Source: Eledone cirrhosa (taxonomy: Eukaryota). From it: a stretch of 64,000 nt of DNA. The notes under the pieces were generated by a model. It did not search any database and had not been told where the DNA came from. It saw only the letters and a program-made list of their open reading frames with translations. Shown here piece after piece: positions 46,487 through 60,350 of the stretch. A program made the translations under genes and the position numbers. Position 1 is the stretch's first letter. Each line of letters starts with the position of its first letter. The DNA lies in contig OZ024750.1 of the NCBI GenBank assembly GCA_964016885.1, positions 46,996,001-47,060,000 on the forward strand, given 5' to 3'.

Positions 46487-46745
46487 AGTCCATGGAACGA
46501 CTTAGGTGGAAGTGGTAACACAATAGTTAGTTCACGATACCGAGTGCAAAGCATTTCTTTAGGGCATTTTAAAAACCTGGTGGAGCCCATCTCTCCAGGT
46601 CTCTTTCCAGAGAAATGATAGAAATAATCAACCGCAGTTTGTTCTCGGTATGGTGAACTAACTGTAGTGTTACCACTTCTACATAACTCGTCCCATGAAC
46701 TGAGGGCTCTACCACTACGGATATTACCTTTCTGTGTACTACCTC
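46487..46745. mobile_element. Family H element with ~36-bp inverted repeats and a one-sided tail
   Basis: GAAGTGGTAACACAATAGTTAGTTCAC..CCGAG / CTCGGTATGGTGAACTAACTGTAGTGTTACCACTTC; relatives at 26953-27072, 48523-48700 and 48773-48812. Confidence 0.78.
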
Positions 46746-46848
<103 letters not shown>

Positions 46849-47244
46849 GGAAAGTTATATTTAAATTGTTGGGTTACAACTAGTAAATATTTATAACTGA
46901 TATAAAAGCACTCAACAAGTATTTGGAGTATATTTGCGATATTAAATAAATGGAAACTATATTTATAAAACCATATTTATTTCATTATATATATTTCAGG
47001 GATATCATATTAACAATATGTTATGCCTTCCTCAGACAACATACAATATAGACAGTTTTATAGATAAATAGATTTGACATACAAGTCGATGTTGAACGGT
47101 ATGTCAAATCTATTTATCTATAAAACTGTCTATATTGTATTTTGTTTGAGGAAGGCATAACATATTGTTAATATGATATCCCTGAAATATATATAATGAA
47201 ATAAATATGGTTTTATAAATATAGTTTCCATTTATTTAATATCG

Positions 47245-47245
<1 letters not shown>
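46849..47245. mobile_element. Family A palindromic element
   Basis: Same tail and arms as 12019-12480 but shorter arms (centre ~47090); hammerhead cores CTGAGGA (-) and TTGAGGA (+). Confidence 0.9.
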
Positions 47246-47279
<34 letters not shown>

Positions 47280-47548
47280 AGGAGGTGAGTTTTATTGTAG
47301 TACAATAAAGCAATGCAGATATCGCATAAGTACCACTCTACAAGTTGTAGGACTGGAGTATAAATAATATATAAGATCAAAAGATGATTAAAAGAGTTCC
47401 ATGTATTTTATTATGCGCATATCATGTCTCCCTATTTTATCTGACGAAAACGCAAATGTTATTGCATGATGATATTTGTTTTTGAAATGCGCATATTAAA
47501 ATACATGGAACTCTTTTAACCATCTTTTGATGTTATTTATTATATATA

Positions 47549-47552
<4 letters not shown>
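47280..47552. mobile_element. Family K palindromic element with hammerhead at 47433-47503 (+)
   Basis: TATTTTAT CTGACGA AAACGCAAATGTTA..TGATATTTGTTTTT GAAA T gcgc ATA tTAAAATA. The inverted arm ~47362-47420 supplies the perfect stem I strand ATAAAATA. Confidence 0.85.
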
Positions 47553-47643
<91 letters not shown>

Positions 47644-48518
47644 CCAGAGGGTGTAACTTGGAGTTACTGCAGGTTCACACGGGAGAGCACTCCTTGTTTA
47701 GGTTCACTTCTGTGATGAGGTGTAGACTATACAGAATGTAATATATTGAAAGGATAACAACGACGTTTGGTTACTCCTTCATTACATTTATTGGTAGGTG
47801 ACGCGCGTTTCCCCACTGATCCGCTCAAGGTTCGATCAGTATCGATCCTACCCGACTCAATGATCGGCAGCTCGACGGACCCTTTAAAATGCTATAAGAA
47901 AATGAAATACATGCTATGTGGAAAAGACAGAATTTGAAGAGTTTGACAATATGAGTTGTTTTGATTCCACCATCATCTTATCATCACATCCACCCCCACA
48001 TACGCTACAGGCCAAAGCCAATCCACCACCACCACCACACCACTGCCCATCGAAGCCAGCGACCGTCACCAACATATTATCATCACATCCACCACCACAT
48101 ACGCTATAGGCCAAAGACAATCCGCCACCACCACACCACACCTCATCGCAGCCAGCAACTGTCACCAACATCTTATCAGCATATCCACCACCACATACGC
48201 TATAGGCCAAAGACAATCCGCCACCACCACACCACACCTCATCGCAGCCAGTAACTGTCACCAACATCTTATCAGCATATCCAACCCCACATACACTACA
48301 GGCCAGTACATCCCTTTGATCCTTCCCACCAATCAAAACAACTCATATTGTCAAACTGTTGAACTTCAGTCTTTTCCACATAGCATGTATTTCATTTCCT
48401 GATAGCATTTTAAAGGGTCCGCCGAGCTGCCGATCATTGAGTCGGGTAGGATCGATACCGATCGAACCTTGAGCTGATCAGTGGCGAAACGCGCGTCACC
48501 TACCAATAAATGTAATGA
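47644..48518. mobile_element. Family I inverted-repeat element with a central ~90-bp minisatellite
   Basis: Arms ~47780-47965 and ~48333-48518 with a left tail. Central CCACCACCACATACGCTA... unit occurs about 4 times (47970-48305). GAAACGCGCGTC motif in both arms. Confidence 0.85.
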
Positions 48519-48697
48519 GCGAGATAGGTAGAAGTGGTAACACAACAGTTAGTTCACCATATCGAGAACACGCTGGAATTGATCCTTTCTCTCTTTTCTC
48601 TGGGAAGAAACCTGGAGATATGGGCTCCACCAGCTTTTTAAATGCCCTAAAGAAATGCTTTTTTCTCAGTATGGTGAACTAAATACCGTGTTACCAG

Positions 48698-48772
<75 letters not shown>

Positions 48773-48839
48773 ACTGGTAACACGATAGTTAGTTCACCAT
48801 ATCGGGAACATAGCATAAATATATATAGAAATAATTATA

Positions 48840-50348
<1,509 letters not shown>

Positions 50349-50363
50349 ATATATATATATATA

Positions 50364-50553
50364 AGGGCGGTGGATTGGCAGTATCGGTGGAGGGTTTGAC
50401 GCCATGCTTTCCAGCATAGTTACGTCCCTTTACGATCTGAGTTCAAATCCCGCCGAGGTTGACATTGCCTTTCATCCTTACGGGGTCGATAAAATAAAGT
50501 ACCAGTAACGCACTGGGTAATTGCTGGCCTTGTGCCTAAAGTAGAAACAATTA
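50364..50553 (+). mobile_element. SINE family 1, full length, in a TA tract
   Basis: Near-consensus copy. Confidence 0.93.
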
Positions 50554-50571
50554 TATATATATATATATATA

Positions 50572-51980
50572 TACTACCAGTTTAGCCCGGCGTTGCTCGG
50601 GTTTGTTCATTTGCTATTTAAATTTACATACAGGTAAACCTGGCTTGAAAGCGAATAAGCTTATCAATTAAGTGCAGTTGAGCCGGTTATTAAAAGTTAC
50701 GCACCAATTAGCATTTTGGACAATCAATGATGGTTTAATAATTTTCCAATAGCGAATTTAGCATACCAAATTTGGAAGATGGTGGCCCTGATGCCGCTGG
50801 GTGTCAGATCTGTCTGCCATTGGTGACCCTACCAGGAAATAGTTTTCCAGACGGCATAGCTCTAACACCTGCACCTACATCTATAGCACCTCTTTGTAGA
50901 CGATATTGCGTGTCATCTCTTGAGGACTGTAACCATTCGTTCTCCCTACGCGGGAACAGGCAACATAAAGTTGCCCATGGGAGAAGCATGGCTCCCCCAA
51001 ATGGATGCCCGCCACCGACAATGTTTGCCCTTGTGACTTGTTAATGGATATGGCAAAACACGGTCTCACCGTGAATTGGAATCGCCGGAAATCGAACGTG
51101 ATATCTGACGCCGAGGGGAAAATGTTCATCGTTGGCAGTGTATTCGGCAGAATTGCCAGTAGTACAACACTATGGGAGTTGTCATATTAATATTTAACCA
51201 ATGAAAGCCGTAAAAAATAAATACTTTAAACATTCCGATTCATATGTCTATAGCATTAATCTGTTATATGAAGTGTTATTTTACGGGTTGTTATTTGCAA
51301 TATGACGATTTAAAATACCCCAGAAAAGCCGTATTTCAATACGGGACCCCAATGACTCCCGCAGCAGTTAAATTATAGAGAGGGGGAATAATATATTATA
51401 GAGAGAGGGAAGAGGGATGGAGAGAGTAAAGCTAAGCAACTACAGGGAGGTGTGTGAAACATTGTTGTCATATAGAGACTGAAGGGCGATAGAGAGAGTA
51501 AATCAGTTAAATTATAGAGAAGGGGAATAATCTGTTATATAGAGAGGGAAAAGCGACGGAGAGAGTAAAGCTAAGAAACTATAGGAAGGTGTGTTAAACC
51601 TCAAATCATGAAGAGAGTAAAGTAGTTAAATTATAGAGGGGGAGATGATCTATTATAGAGAGAGGGAAGAGGGACGGAGAGAGCGTTATGACTTAGTTTT
51701 GAAAGTTTATGTCGCGTTCCTGAACGAAGTTTTGTCGCTGTTGGGTAGTAGAGAGAGTGAGTAAGCGTATAAGAGAGAGGATTACAGCATGTATTTAGTT
51801 TTATCGATTTTTTTCATAGAAGCAGGACATTTTTGGCAAAGTCTATTACGCATTGACCATCGTTAGTAAATTCTGAGTACATTGGAAAAAAATCATCAAA
51901 ATGGGTAGAGAAATGTGGAAATGCATAAAAATCATACACACACACAGACATACATCTTCCGTTTTTTATACATAGAGAGA
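50572..51980 (-). mobile_element. Internally deleted Helitron with a PIF1 helicase C-terminal remnant (50881-51129)
   Basis: RFQFTVRPCFAISINKSQGQTL..CFSHGQLYVACSRV..TRNIVYKEVL are PIF1 motifs V/VI. 3' hairpin CCCGAGC AAC GCCGGG lies ~10 nt before a GTAG(T) end; 5' TC at ~51980; internal degenerate tandem repeats at 51365-51685. Confidence 0.88.
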
Positions 51981-52002
51981 TATATATTATTATTATATAT
52001 AT

Positions 52003-52189
52003 AGGGCGGTAGATTGGCAGTATCGGTAGAGGGTCGGGCGCCATGCTTTGAAGCATAGAGTTACGTCCCTTTATGATCTGAGTTCAAATCCCGCCGAGGT
52101 TGACTTTGCCTTTCATCCTTGCTGGGTCGATAAAATAAAGTACCAGTAATGCAGTGGATAATTGCTGGCCTTGTGCCAAAGGTAGACAC

Positions 52190-52195
<6 letters not shown>
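52003..52195 (+). mobile_element. SINE family 1, full length
   Basis: Near-consensus copy ending in (TA)n. Confidence 0.92.
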
Positions 52196-52236
<41 letters not shown>

Positions 52237-53196
52237 AATATATATATATATAAGTGATATATTCAATCTATTAACATATGCATCTAGTGTTTGTGTTCTT
52301 GGGAAATCTATTCTCTTGCAAGCATTCGAGCCAGACCTCCAGTTCGAGATTACAAGCCTGCTTTCTCTACGACAGTGTTGAGGCCCAGGAAAAGGATAAT
52401 GGATGCTGTATATCGCTCGGTGTTTGTGTGTTTGTGTGTTTGTGTATGTTTCTGTGCATGTATATGTTCTGTGTATGTAGTCTGACCTATATAATATATT
52501 ACTCGTTTATGAAATCGAACGAAGGAAAAATGCATTTATTTAAACATATGCACAACATGTATTTAAATGAAAAATGGATAACTAATTAAAAATAAATTAC
52601 AACATTACAAGAACAGCTGTAAAATTAATACTTTAATTATATTTGGAAACTTCATTAACCTCATTGTTAGTAATTACTTTATCCAATCTATTTTATCGAC
52701 AAGCAGTTGGTACACTATTCAGTCAACTACATCATTATATCTGAAGCAATCAACATTTAAGATTCTTCATTCTTTTATCTACGTCTACGTAATTTTATTC
52801 AAAGCTCCATCAAACAATGCCTGACGCTAGCTTGGTGTTAAGATCTTAATTTAATTATCATCACTTGTCCGGTCCTTCCTTTGGTTTTTACTTGTGTAAG
52901 ATATTGAATCATGTAGCCAAAAGAAGCTCACTAATTCTGCATGTTCGTCAATGCGCTATTTCTGTAATGTTGATTTCCTAGTTTAGTCATATGCACTTTA
53001 ATAAGACTGATCAATAGATTTTCACAAGCGTATGTATGACAATATGGTTAATTAACTCATCTCGGAACGATGTGTCTTCGTGTTCAATCCCGAACTTCGG
53101 AAAGTACCTTCTAGTTTAGCATCCACATGACCGATTGATTGTGCGTGGAATGTAGTAGACGGAAATTGCAGAAGCCAATCAAATATGACTATATTT

Positions 53197-53322
53197 GTAT
53201 GTATGTATGTATTCATGTATGTATGTATGTATGCATTTATGTATGTATGTATGTATGTATGTATGTATGTATGTATGTATGTATGTATGTATGTATGTAT
53301 GTATGTACATGTGTATGTATGT
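53197..53322. repeat. (GTAT)n microsatellite
   Basis: Tetranucleotide run. Confidence 0.95.
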
Positions 53323-53699
53323 GTATCCCTGTCTATCTTTAGGTTGTTCTCTAGTGGTTCGACAAACTAGTGTTCGATAATAGATGTACGAGACTTGAAA
53401 ATTAAATATTGTGGTCGATCGGATTTATGAAAACAAGCCTGTATCAGTATAACCGCATACATATTACTAATAACAGTAAAATAATAAATTAATCAATATA
53501 TTTGCCAATCTCATGACAAAGAAGTTTTATTTACCACAATATAGTATATAGTTATATCTGATCCTGCGATATATTAAGTAAACCTCAGATGAAGGATTAA
53601 CGTTCTAAACGTTAAACCTCTTTTCCTACAATATCAACCGTTAATGTAATATGTATCGTACTTCAAAACCATTAATCTGGATACCTAAATATGGAATGT

Positions 53700-54262
53700 T
53701 ACGTGATGCCCCCACAGCCCCCAACAGGCCCGGCGGACAGGATGTAGAAAGCGTTCCCACGGAGGACGGCAAGGGAGACGCGCTGGAAAAGACACTCCAG
53801 CTTATTGGGTTCTCACCTGTGGCTGGCCAGCTCAGAGCCTATGGTGGTGAGTAGGGAGGTAGCCCTGGGGCCGAGGACACCAGAAGTCTCCACTGTCAAA
53901 GATACAACGGCAAACCTGTCAGAGATTGACCGGTATTTGAGGAGCTTGGTTTCCTCAGCCCGACGTGTAGCAGAACCTGGGTTAGTGGCAGAGTGCACCT
54001 GGTTGCGGCTGCAGAAAGTGTCGGTGCAAGTAGGATCCCAGACGAGGGGTTTGCCACCGCGGAACGGAAATATGGTCATGCCATATGACCATTTGCTGTC
54101 CGCTCGGTTCAGCCCCACCGGCTCGAGCTGGGAAGGAGTGCCCGCAGCTTCCAAGCCATGCTTTATGACCTCGTTCAGGGCAGCATGGCGTGGAAGGCGG
54201 CCGGCACTGTGGCGACAGCAAATCAGGTGGAGGCTGAAAGAATCCACGGTGGATCCGCAGCG
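53700..54262 (-). mobile_element. CRE-like non-LTR retrotransposon 3' fragment (Zn knuckle end plus restriction-like endonuclease)
   Basis: HLICC..GRLPRHAALNEVIK..LEPVGLNRADSK..GMTIFPFRGGKPLVWD.TC..AEETK..KY..VETSGVLG, then after a frameshift FQRVSLAVLRGNA. GC-rich island; the catalytic RPD is mutated. Confidence 0.85.
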
Positions 54263-54329
54263 ACATTGGTGTGGCTTTTACTTGTGGTGCTTACTTGCTT
54301 ACCCTCCACATACACAGACACAAGCTCAC

Positions 54330-54420
<91 letters not shown>

Positions 54421-54426
<6 letters not shown>

Positions 54427-55046
54427 GTATTGAAGTTTGCTTGAAGCATTGTGGAATAATAAGTAAATATCTTTAAGTCGTTTGGAAGCCTCGACAATGC
54501 AAATGGGTAAATCTCCGGGTAACAAGATCCGGTGGTGGAGAGATGTAAGTGGGTGTACGTTGAGATGCGTGGTGTGTATAACATGTGTAAGATGTGTAGA
54601 AGAATGAGGGGAAGAGTATAAAGGATAAAATAAAAATAACAACACAAGAGAGAGTTACTTTGGAGGAGATTTAATAGTCCCTATATATTTCGGATTCACA
54701 TCCATCAACTGGGTTTTTTTTCAACAAACAACAAACAGCGGAGGACGCGTTTCGCACCTGTCCGACAGACAACCTTTCCCCCACCCCGGAAAAAACCCCA
54801 GTGGATGGATGTGAATCCGAAATATATAGGGACTATTAAATCTCTCCCAATGTAACTCTTTCGTGTTGTTATTTTTATTTTATCCTTTATACTCTTTCCT
54901 TCATTCTTCTACACATCTTACACATCTTATACACACCACGCATCTCAACGTACACCCACTTACATCTCTCTCTCCACCACTGGATCTTGTTACCCGGAGA
55001 TTTAGCCATTTGCATTGTCAAGGCTTCCAAACGACTTAAATATATT

Positions 55047-55049
<3 letters not shown>
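54421..55049. mobile_element. Family J palindromic element in (TA)n
   Basis: Arms ~54462-54720 and ~54790-55049, ~70-bp spacer, ~40-nt left tail. Confidence 0.88.
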
Positions 55050-55119
<70 letters not shown>

Positions 55120-55149
55120 GTATGTGTGTGTCTGTGTGTGTGTGTATAT

Positions 55150-56172
55150 ATATGAAAACAGGGAGAAAAAGATGATTATTAGGAAGAAAAATATTTTTCT
55201 TTCCTTTTTATTTTTCTCTCACTTTTTTCTGGGTTAGAAAATGATTAAAACGAAATATTTTACTTTGTGTGAAGTGTTAAGGTATTAGTTGATTTATTTA
55301 TTATTTAACAATTGCATTTACGTATTTATTTATATATTTAATAATTGTCTATTAACGGTTTCAGCATTTTTATGCATTATCAAATGATAATATTATGTAT
55401 TGGTGTAGAATGGTGGTGTTGGATATGTTAAATATATGGTACAAAAAGAATAATGTTATTTATAAACAAAGTTTATGTAGTGAAAAGAAAAAAAGAAAGA
55501 AAAGGAGCGTAATGTGGAGCATAATAAGGCAATGTGAAAGAAAAAATAATGTTATTTACAGGCATAGTTCTTGAATATAAGCAGATCAAAATGTGTTAAT
55601 ATAAAAAGAGTGCCTAGTTCATCCATGATGGAGGTAAATGGTGGACTGGGGTTTGATATGATTTCCCTTTTTAGAGAGTTAATATGCATGGGGGAGGGGG
55701 GTAATTCAGGGTGGGAGAGAAATGGTAAATGGTATTTAATTTATTTAAGAAAAAGGATTAGGTAGGTTGTGGGGAAGTAACTCTTTAGAGATACATAGGT
55801 ATTTGTAAATGTTTCATTGTTCGTTCCAGTTTTAGTTTAATCCGAGGTTTAGTGCATTAAGTAGAGGTTTGAATTTGTTAATGAAATACGTTTCCTTATC
55901 GGTACGATGGATGGAAGTAGCGTTGTCTATGTATTTGTAAATGGGGAACATTTTAAAGTTTGGATGTTGGTTGGGTCCCCATTTGGCGTTATGTTCACTA
56001 AACGCAATATTTGTGTATTCCTGTATTTTGATTTGTGATTTATGGACGCTCATACGTTGTCGGAGGCTGTTTTTGTCTGTCCTATGTAGTGCTCTTGACA
56101 ACCTGAGCAGGTCAAAACATAGATTAGGTTTACAGATGCACATGTAAAGTTGTGTTTAACTTTGAAATGTTG

Positions 56173-56174
<2 letters not shown>
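55150..56174 (-). mobile_element. 5'-truncated Penelope-like element: GIY-YIG C-terminus (56174-55832) plus 3' UTR
   Basis: FKVKHNFTCASVNLIYVLTCSGCQEHYIGQT/..SLRQRMSVHKSQI..FSEH..FKMFPIYK..KETYFINKFKPLLN, then a stop a few codons later. Decayed hammerhead-like motif at ~55349-55390; microsatellites on both flanks. Confidence 0.9.
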
Positions 56175-56221
<47 letters not shown>

Positions 56222-56226
<5 letters not shown>

Positions 56227-56411
56227 GTTTCTACTTTTTGGCACAAGGCCAGCTATTATCCGAGTACATTACTGGTACTTTATTTTATCGACCCCGTAAG
56301 GATGAAAGGCAAAGTTAACCTCGGCGGGAATTGAACTCAGATCGTAAAGGGACGTAACTATGCTGGAAAGCATAATCCGACCCTCTACCGATACTGCCAA
56401 TTCACCGCCCT
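56222..56411 (-). mobile_element. SINE family 1, full length, in a TA tract
   Basis: Reverse complement of family 1. Confidence 0.92.
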
Positions 56412-56444
56412 TTATATATATATATATATATAATATACCCCCAT

Positions 56445-56752
56445 CAGTTATGAATGACCCTAGATTTTGCACATAGAAAGCTCCCCTCCAAGGCACAAGC
56501 CAAGGTAATGTGTTTTGTGGAAGACTAACAGCCACTCGTGCGTTCCACTTCCCCAACCAATATCGTCTAAGTGAAAGCCAGATACCGATAGAGGTTGGAA
56601 CCAGTGACGTCGCACCTCATTCCTGCAGCTGACTGAATTGAAGCTACGTGAATTAAAGCGTTTTGCTCGGAGACAACGACCCCAACCTGCCCGGGTGTCT
56701 AACACACAACCTCACGATTTTGAATTCCACTCCCTAACCACTAAGCCACACG
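56445..56752 (-). mobile_element. tRNA-derived SINE family 2
   Basis: Reverse complement GTGTGGCTTAGTGGTTAGGG head; colinear with 8488-8945. Confidence 0.7.
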
Positions 56753-58734
56753 TGTTCGTATGTGTATTTATTCCAGGTTGTATGTTTATGCGTGTCTCCA
56801 TAGTGAAAATAGTTAACAATATGAACCAACTAATGAAAGGTTGTTACATTGCTTCGTTTGATCCGAATGCTTCTCTAAATTTCAAAACATGAAGTGGATG
56901 TTGCCTTATCGTTTACAGCTGAGAGGACTTCAATGTGTTTACATCAGTGATTAGTGAGGTATATGCCCTTAGATAACCAATCCAAACAGTGATACTCATC
57001 TCAAACAAACGCCCACGTTGCTTTATTTTTGTTTATTTGACGTAAAATGTGCGAAAAACTGAATCTGTTCACATATGATTGACTTAATCAGGTTTACCAC
57101 TTCCACATTGGCCCTGATAAACTGTATCTGAGTTCAAACTGTTACTATAATTAGTATATTTGGCCATAAGACTTGTTGGCAAGGTAGCAACTGAAGACTT
57201 TAAATATACTTTCTTTCCTTTCTATCTACCATATATGTTTACACCATATATGTTCGCAATACTATTCTGTCTGAAAAAGAATAGCCTAGATTTAACAAGT
57301 TGTGAAATAAATACACCTCAAATACGCGTGGTTACACAGTCATATCCATTATAGTTTTGAATCTATAGTCTCAGCCATTAATTTTCTTCATATATAACTA
57401 TTCAGTATTTTCACACTATTATGACAAGCTAGAATAGTTTAGCTAAGAACATTCCAAACTTCAGTGTGCAACATCGGAATCAATTACATTGAATGCAAGA
57501 CGTGAGAGACATGGCATTAAATACAGTATATATAGAAATCAGAGTAAATATAGTAGATATACGAAATATACTTACAAGAGTGGTAAACAAATAATGAAAA
57601 TATTCTGTTGTCATGTTTAGTTCTAACGCCTGCAAAGAAAGAAAAACAAAACATGTTTATCATCAGTTAAATCAAATGCGAGTTACATATCAAATCCCAT
57701 GTTTGACCCGAGAACGAGAATGTGTATTATTAACCATGTCATTCGGTACATTATCAGTAACAACACAATCTGCATACAATTACAGCTAGCATCTCAAATA
57801 ACGGAAAGTGTCCATAATGTGGATCAATATAATCCCTAACAACATGGTATAATCAAGATCGGAATATATTATACATAACTCTTGTTATATTTCTAACAAG
57901 CGACATTGCCCATGATTTCAAATAACTTTGAAAATAATCACTGATTTAAAGGGATTTGTGTAGATATGTTGCCCATACAGCTCTTGGCTGCGCAGATGGA
58001 TTAAAAAATAACAGTTTTCGAACCACTCGTATCAGTAAGCATTTGTATATAGAATTTGAGAGCAGCTAAATGAACGAATGATACGACTGAAGCCCATTTG
58101 ATAAAGTTCTTGATATGTAGCTTAATACACAACAATACCAAATAATTTATGATTGAAGGTGCATGAAACCTATGGCAACACATTGATGCAAGTTATTTTC
58201 CATGTTGTTTATATCAACTATTAGTGGGTGGAATTGAATTAACACACGAGCCCTGTTGGCTTTCATACCATAACATTTCTAATGGCATAAATATTACATA
58301 TAGCTGTTTACAAAATATTTATAGAAAATGGCAGCAGCCAACCGCTGTAAAACCTGGAGGAGATTCAGCTATTTCTATTGTTAGTATATATATATCTATG
58401 AGGGACCCTCAGGTTAAGTGGTTACGGATTTAATACTGTTTTATATCTGTTCAGTTCAAATATCATGAGGTCAGGCATTGAATTTGAACAGACAAAATAT
58501 ACTCCATAGATGTTTGATACATGCAAATTATGTCGATAGGCTGTAAAACTGGCGACATCCTAGAAAAACACAGGAATATAAGCACACTTCACAAAATAAT
58601 ATGATACATCAGCAAGATATTTACGCTCATTATAACAATAGATATATCGACTGTCACAGTCCGTATCCAATTTTCTTGCATTACATAACATTTCTTAGAC
58701 AAAAATGAAGATTTCACACCCCCAATCTCACACA

Positions 58735-58737
<3 letters not shown>

Positions 58738-58824
<87 letters not shown>

Positions 58825-59000
58825 ATATCTATCTATCTATCTCTTTCTCTATCTCTCCTTACCTATATCTTTCTCTCTCCCTGTGTCTTTGTGTCTTTTC
58901 TTATCCCTTTCGCTCTCGCTCTCTCTCCCTCATTCTCTCTCTCACTCTCGCTGTCCCTCATTCTCTCTATCACTCTCGCTGTCCCTCATTCTCTCTCTTT
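58738..59000. repeat. (CT)n microsatellite and pyrimidine-rich tract
   Basis: CT run decaying into a CT-rich sequence. Confidence 0.93.
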
Positions 59001-59864
59001 CTCTAACTCATTAATAGCATCGTATTCGTCCAGTTCTGCCTATTATGTCGGGTATTCCTTATATCAACACACACACACACACACAAACACCCCCCCCCAC
59101 ACACACTCACACACACATTTATGATAAACACCACCTTTGTTCAATATTACTCCAGTTGGAGCCAAATATCTGGCCTTAAACTGAAAGCAATTGTGAACGA
59201 AGTGAAAGGTGAAAGTGTTACGGCACGGTGTTTCAAAGAGAGCTCTCCTGAACGCTAAGTAGACTTAAATTTAAAGACAACTGAAGTTAATTATATCAAT
59301 AAATCTATAGCATGTTTAAGCTACCGTAGCTAAATATGTCTGTTAATGTTGCCAACAATCTCAAGGATTCTATGGTAGCATATAAATATATTTATATAAG
59401 AAGTTTGAAAATTTGGAATTTATTTGTTTTGTTTATAAAGGGTATTTATTAAAATCACTCGAATAAATCGGGTAAATTCATCATGGAAGGAAAATATCGG
59501 GAGAAGCGAATTCTAGAATTGACGTACGACTATATATTGATCGACTACGAAACGACCGTCACGCGTGAATATAATCGGTTAAGTGTCTTTAATTGATACT
59601 CCGAGACCACTTTTTATTATGTATATATGTATGTATATATATATATCAAAAATGCCTTTGAGATAACTTTTTTGAAAGGCTATTTCAAGCATTCTTTTAA
59701 AAACGTTAGTTTTACAGAGATTTTTTTTTTTTAATCTGTGTTTCTTAAGGTAATTTGAGGTTGTGTTTTTTTGAAACGTTCTGTTAGATGTTTTTCCATT
59801 TTTTAAAAAATGATTTCTAAGTATTCGCTGAATATTCACTATTTACTGTGATTGTCGCATATAA

Positions 59865-60350
59865 TACAGTTGCGGGTGTGTACGTAATCGCTGTGGGTGT
59901 ATAAGTGCACATATGTATAACGCCTGCGCGAAACATGGAGATGGTGTGGGCGCCTACAGTTTGAGAAGGGGGCGACAGGGCGTGAGCGATTCAATCAGAC
60001 AACCCCTTACCTCCTACAGTAGTAAATCCGATTTAAGAAACAATTTTGATTGGCAGGTGGCGAATGAAAGGAGCAAATATAGGACGGCCATGACTGGCCA
60101 AAAATACCGATGACGTGTACAATTCTTGACCACACATCGAATGACAACAACATGATATACGCTTCCAAGTGAAGGCCGTGGGTGAAAGTGGACATTTGGA
60201 AACTCTTCTTCGTAGAATCGAGACTTATCTGAGGACCTTGCGATTTCAAAAACAGGTTCGATCATTACATCGATCGTGCCTCGAGCTGGTCGCCAGAGAA
60301 ACTATTGTAATATGTCTAATACATTTTATTCGTCGCAGCAATGATTCTCC
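59865..60350 (+). pseudogene. Possible decayed mariner-like transposase N-terminus
   Basis: Faint F..GRQGVSD..R and ETLLR..R.LS..LAISK similarity only. Confidence 0.25.

Noticed and set aside
47914-48336. Cys/Gly-rich or His/Pro-rich protein
   Set aside because: It arises from a minisatellite inside an inverted-repeat element, is open in several frames, and has no exon context.
53805-54422. 205-aa plus-strand ORF
   Set aside because: It is the antisense shadow of the GC-rich CRE-like fragment running into (TA)n.
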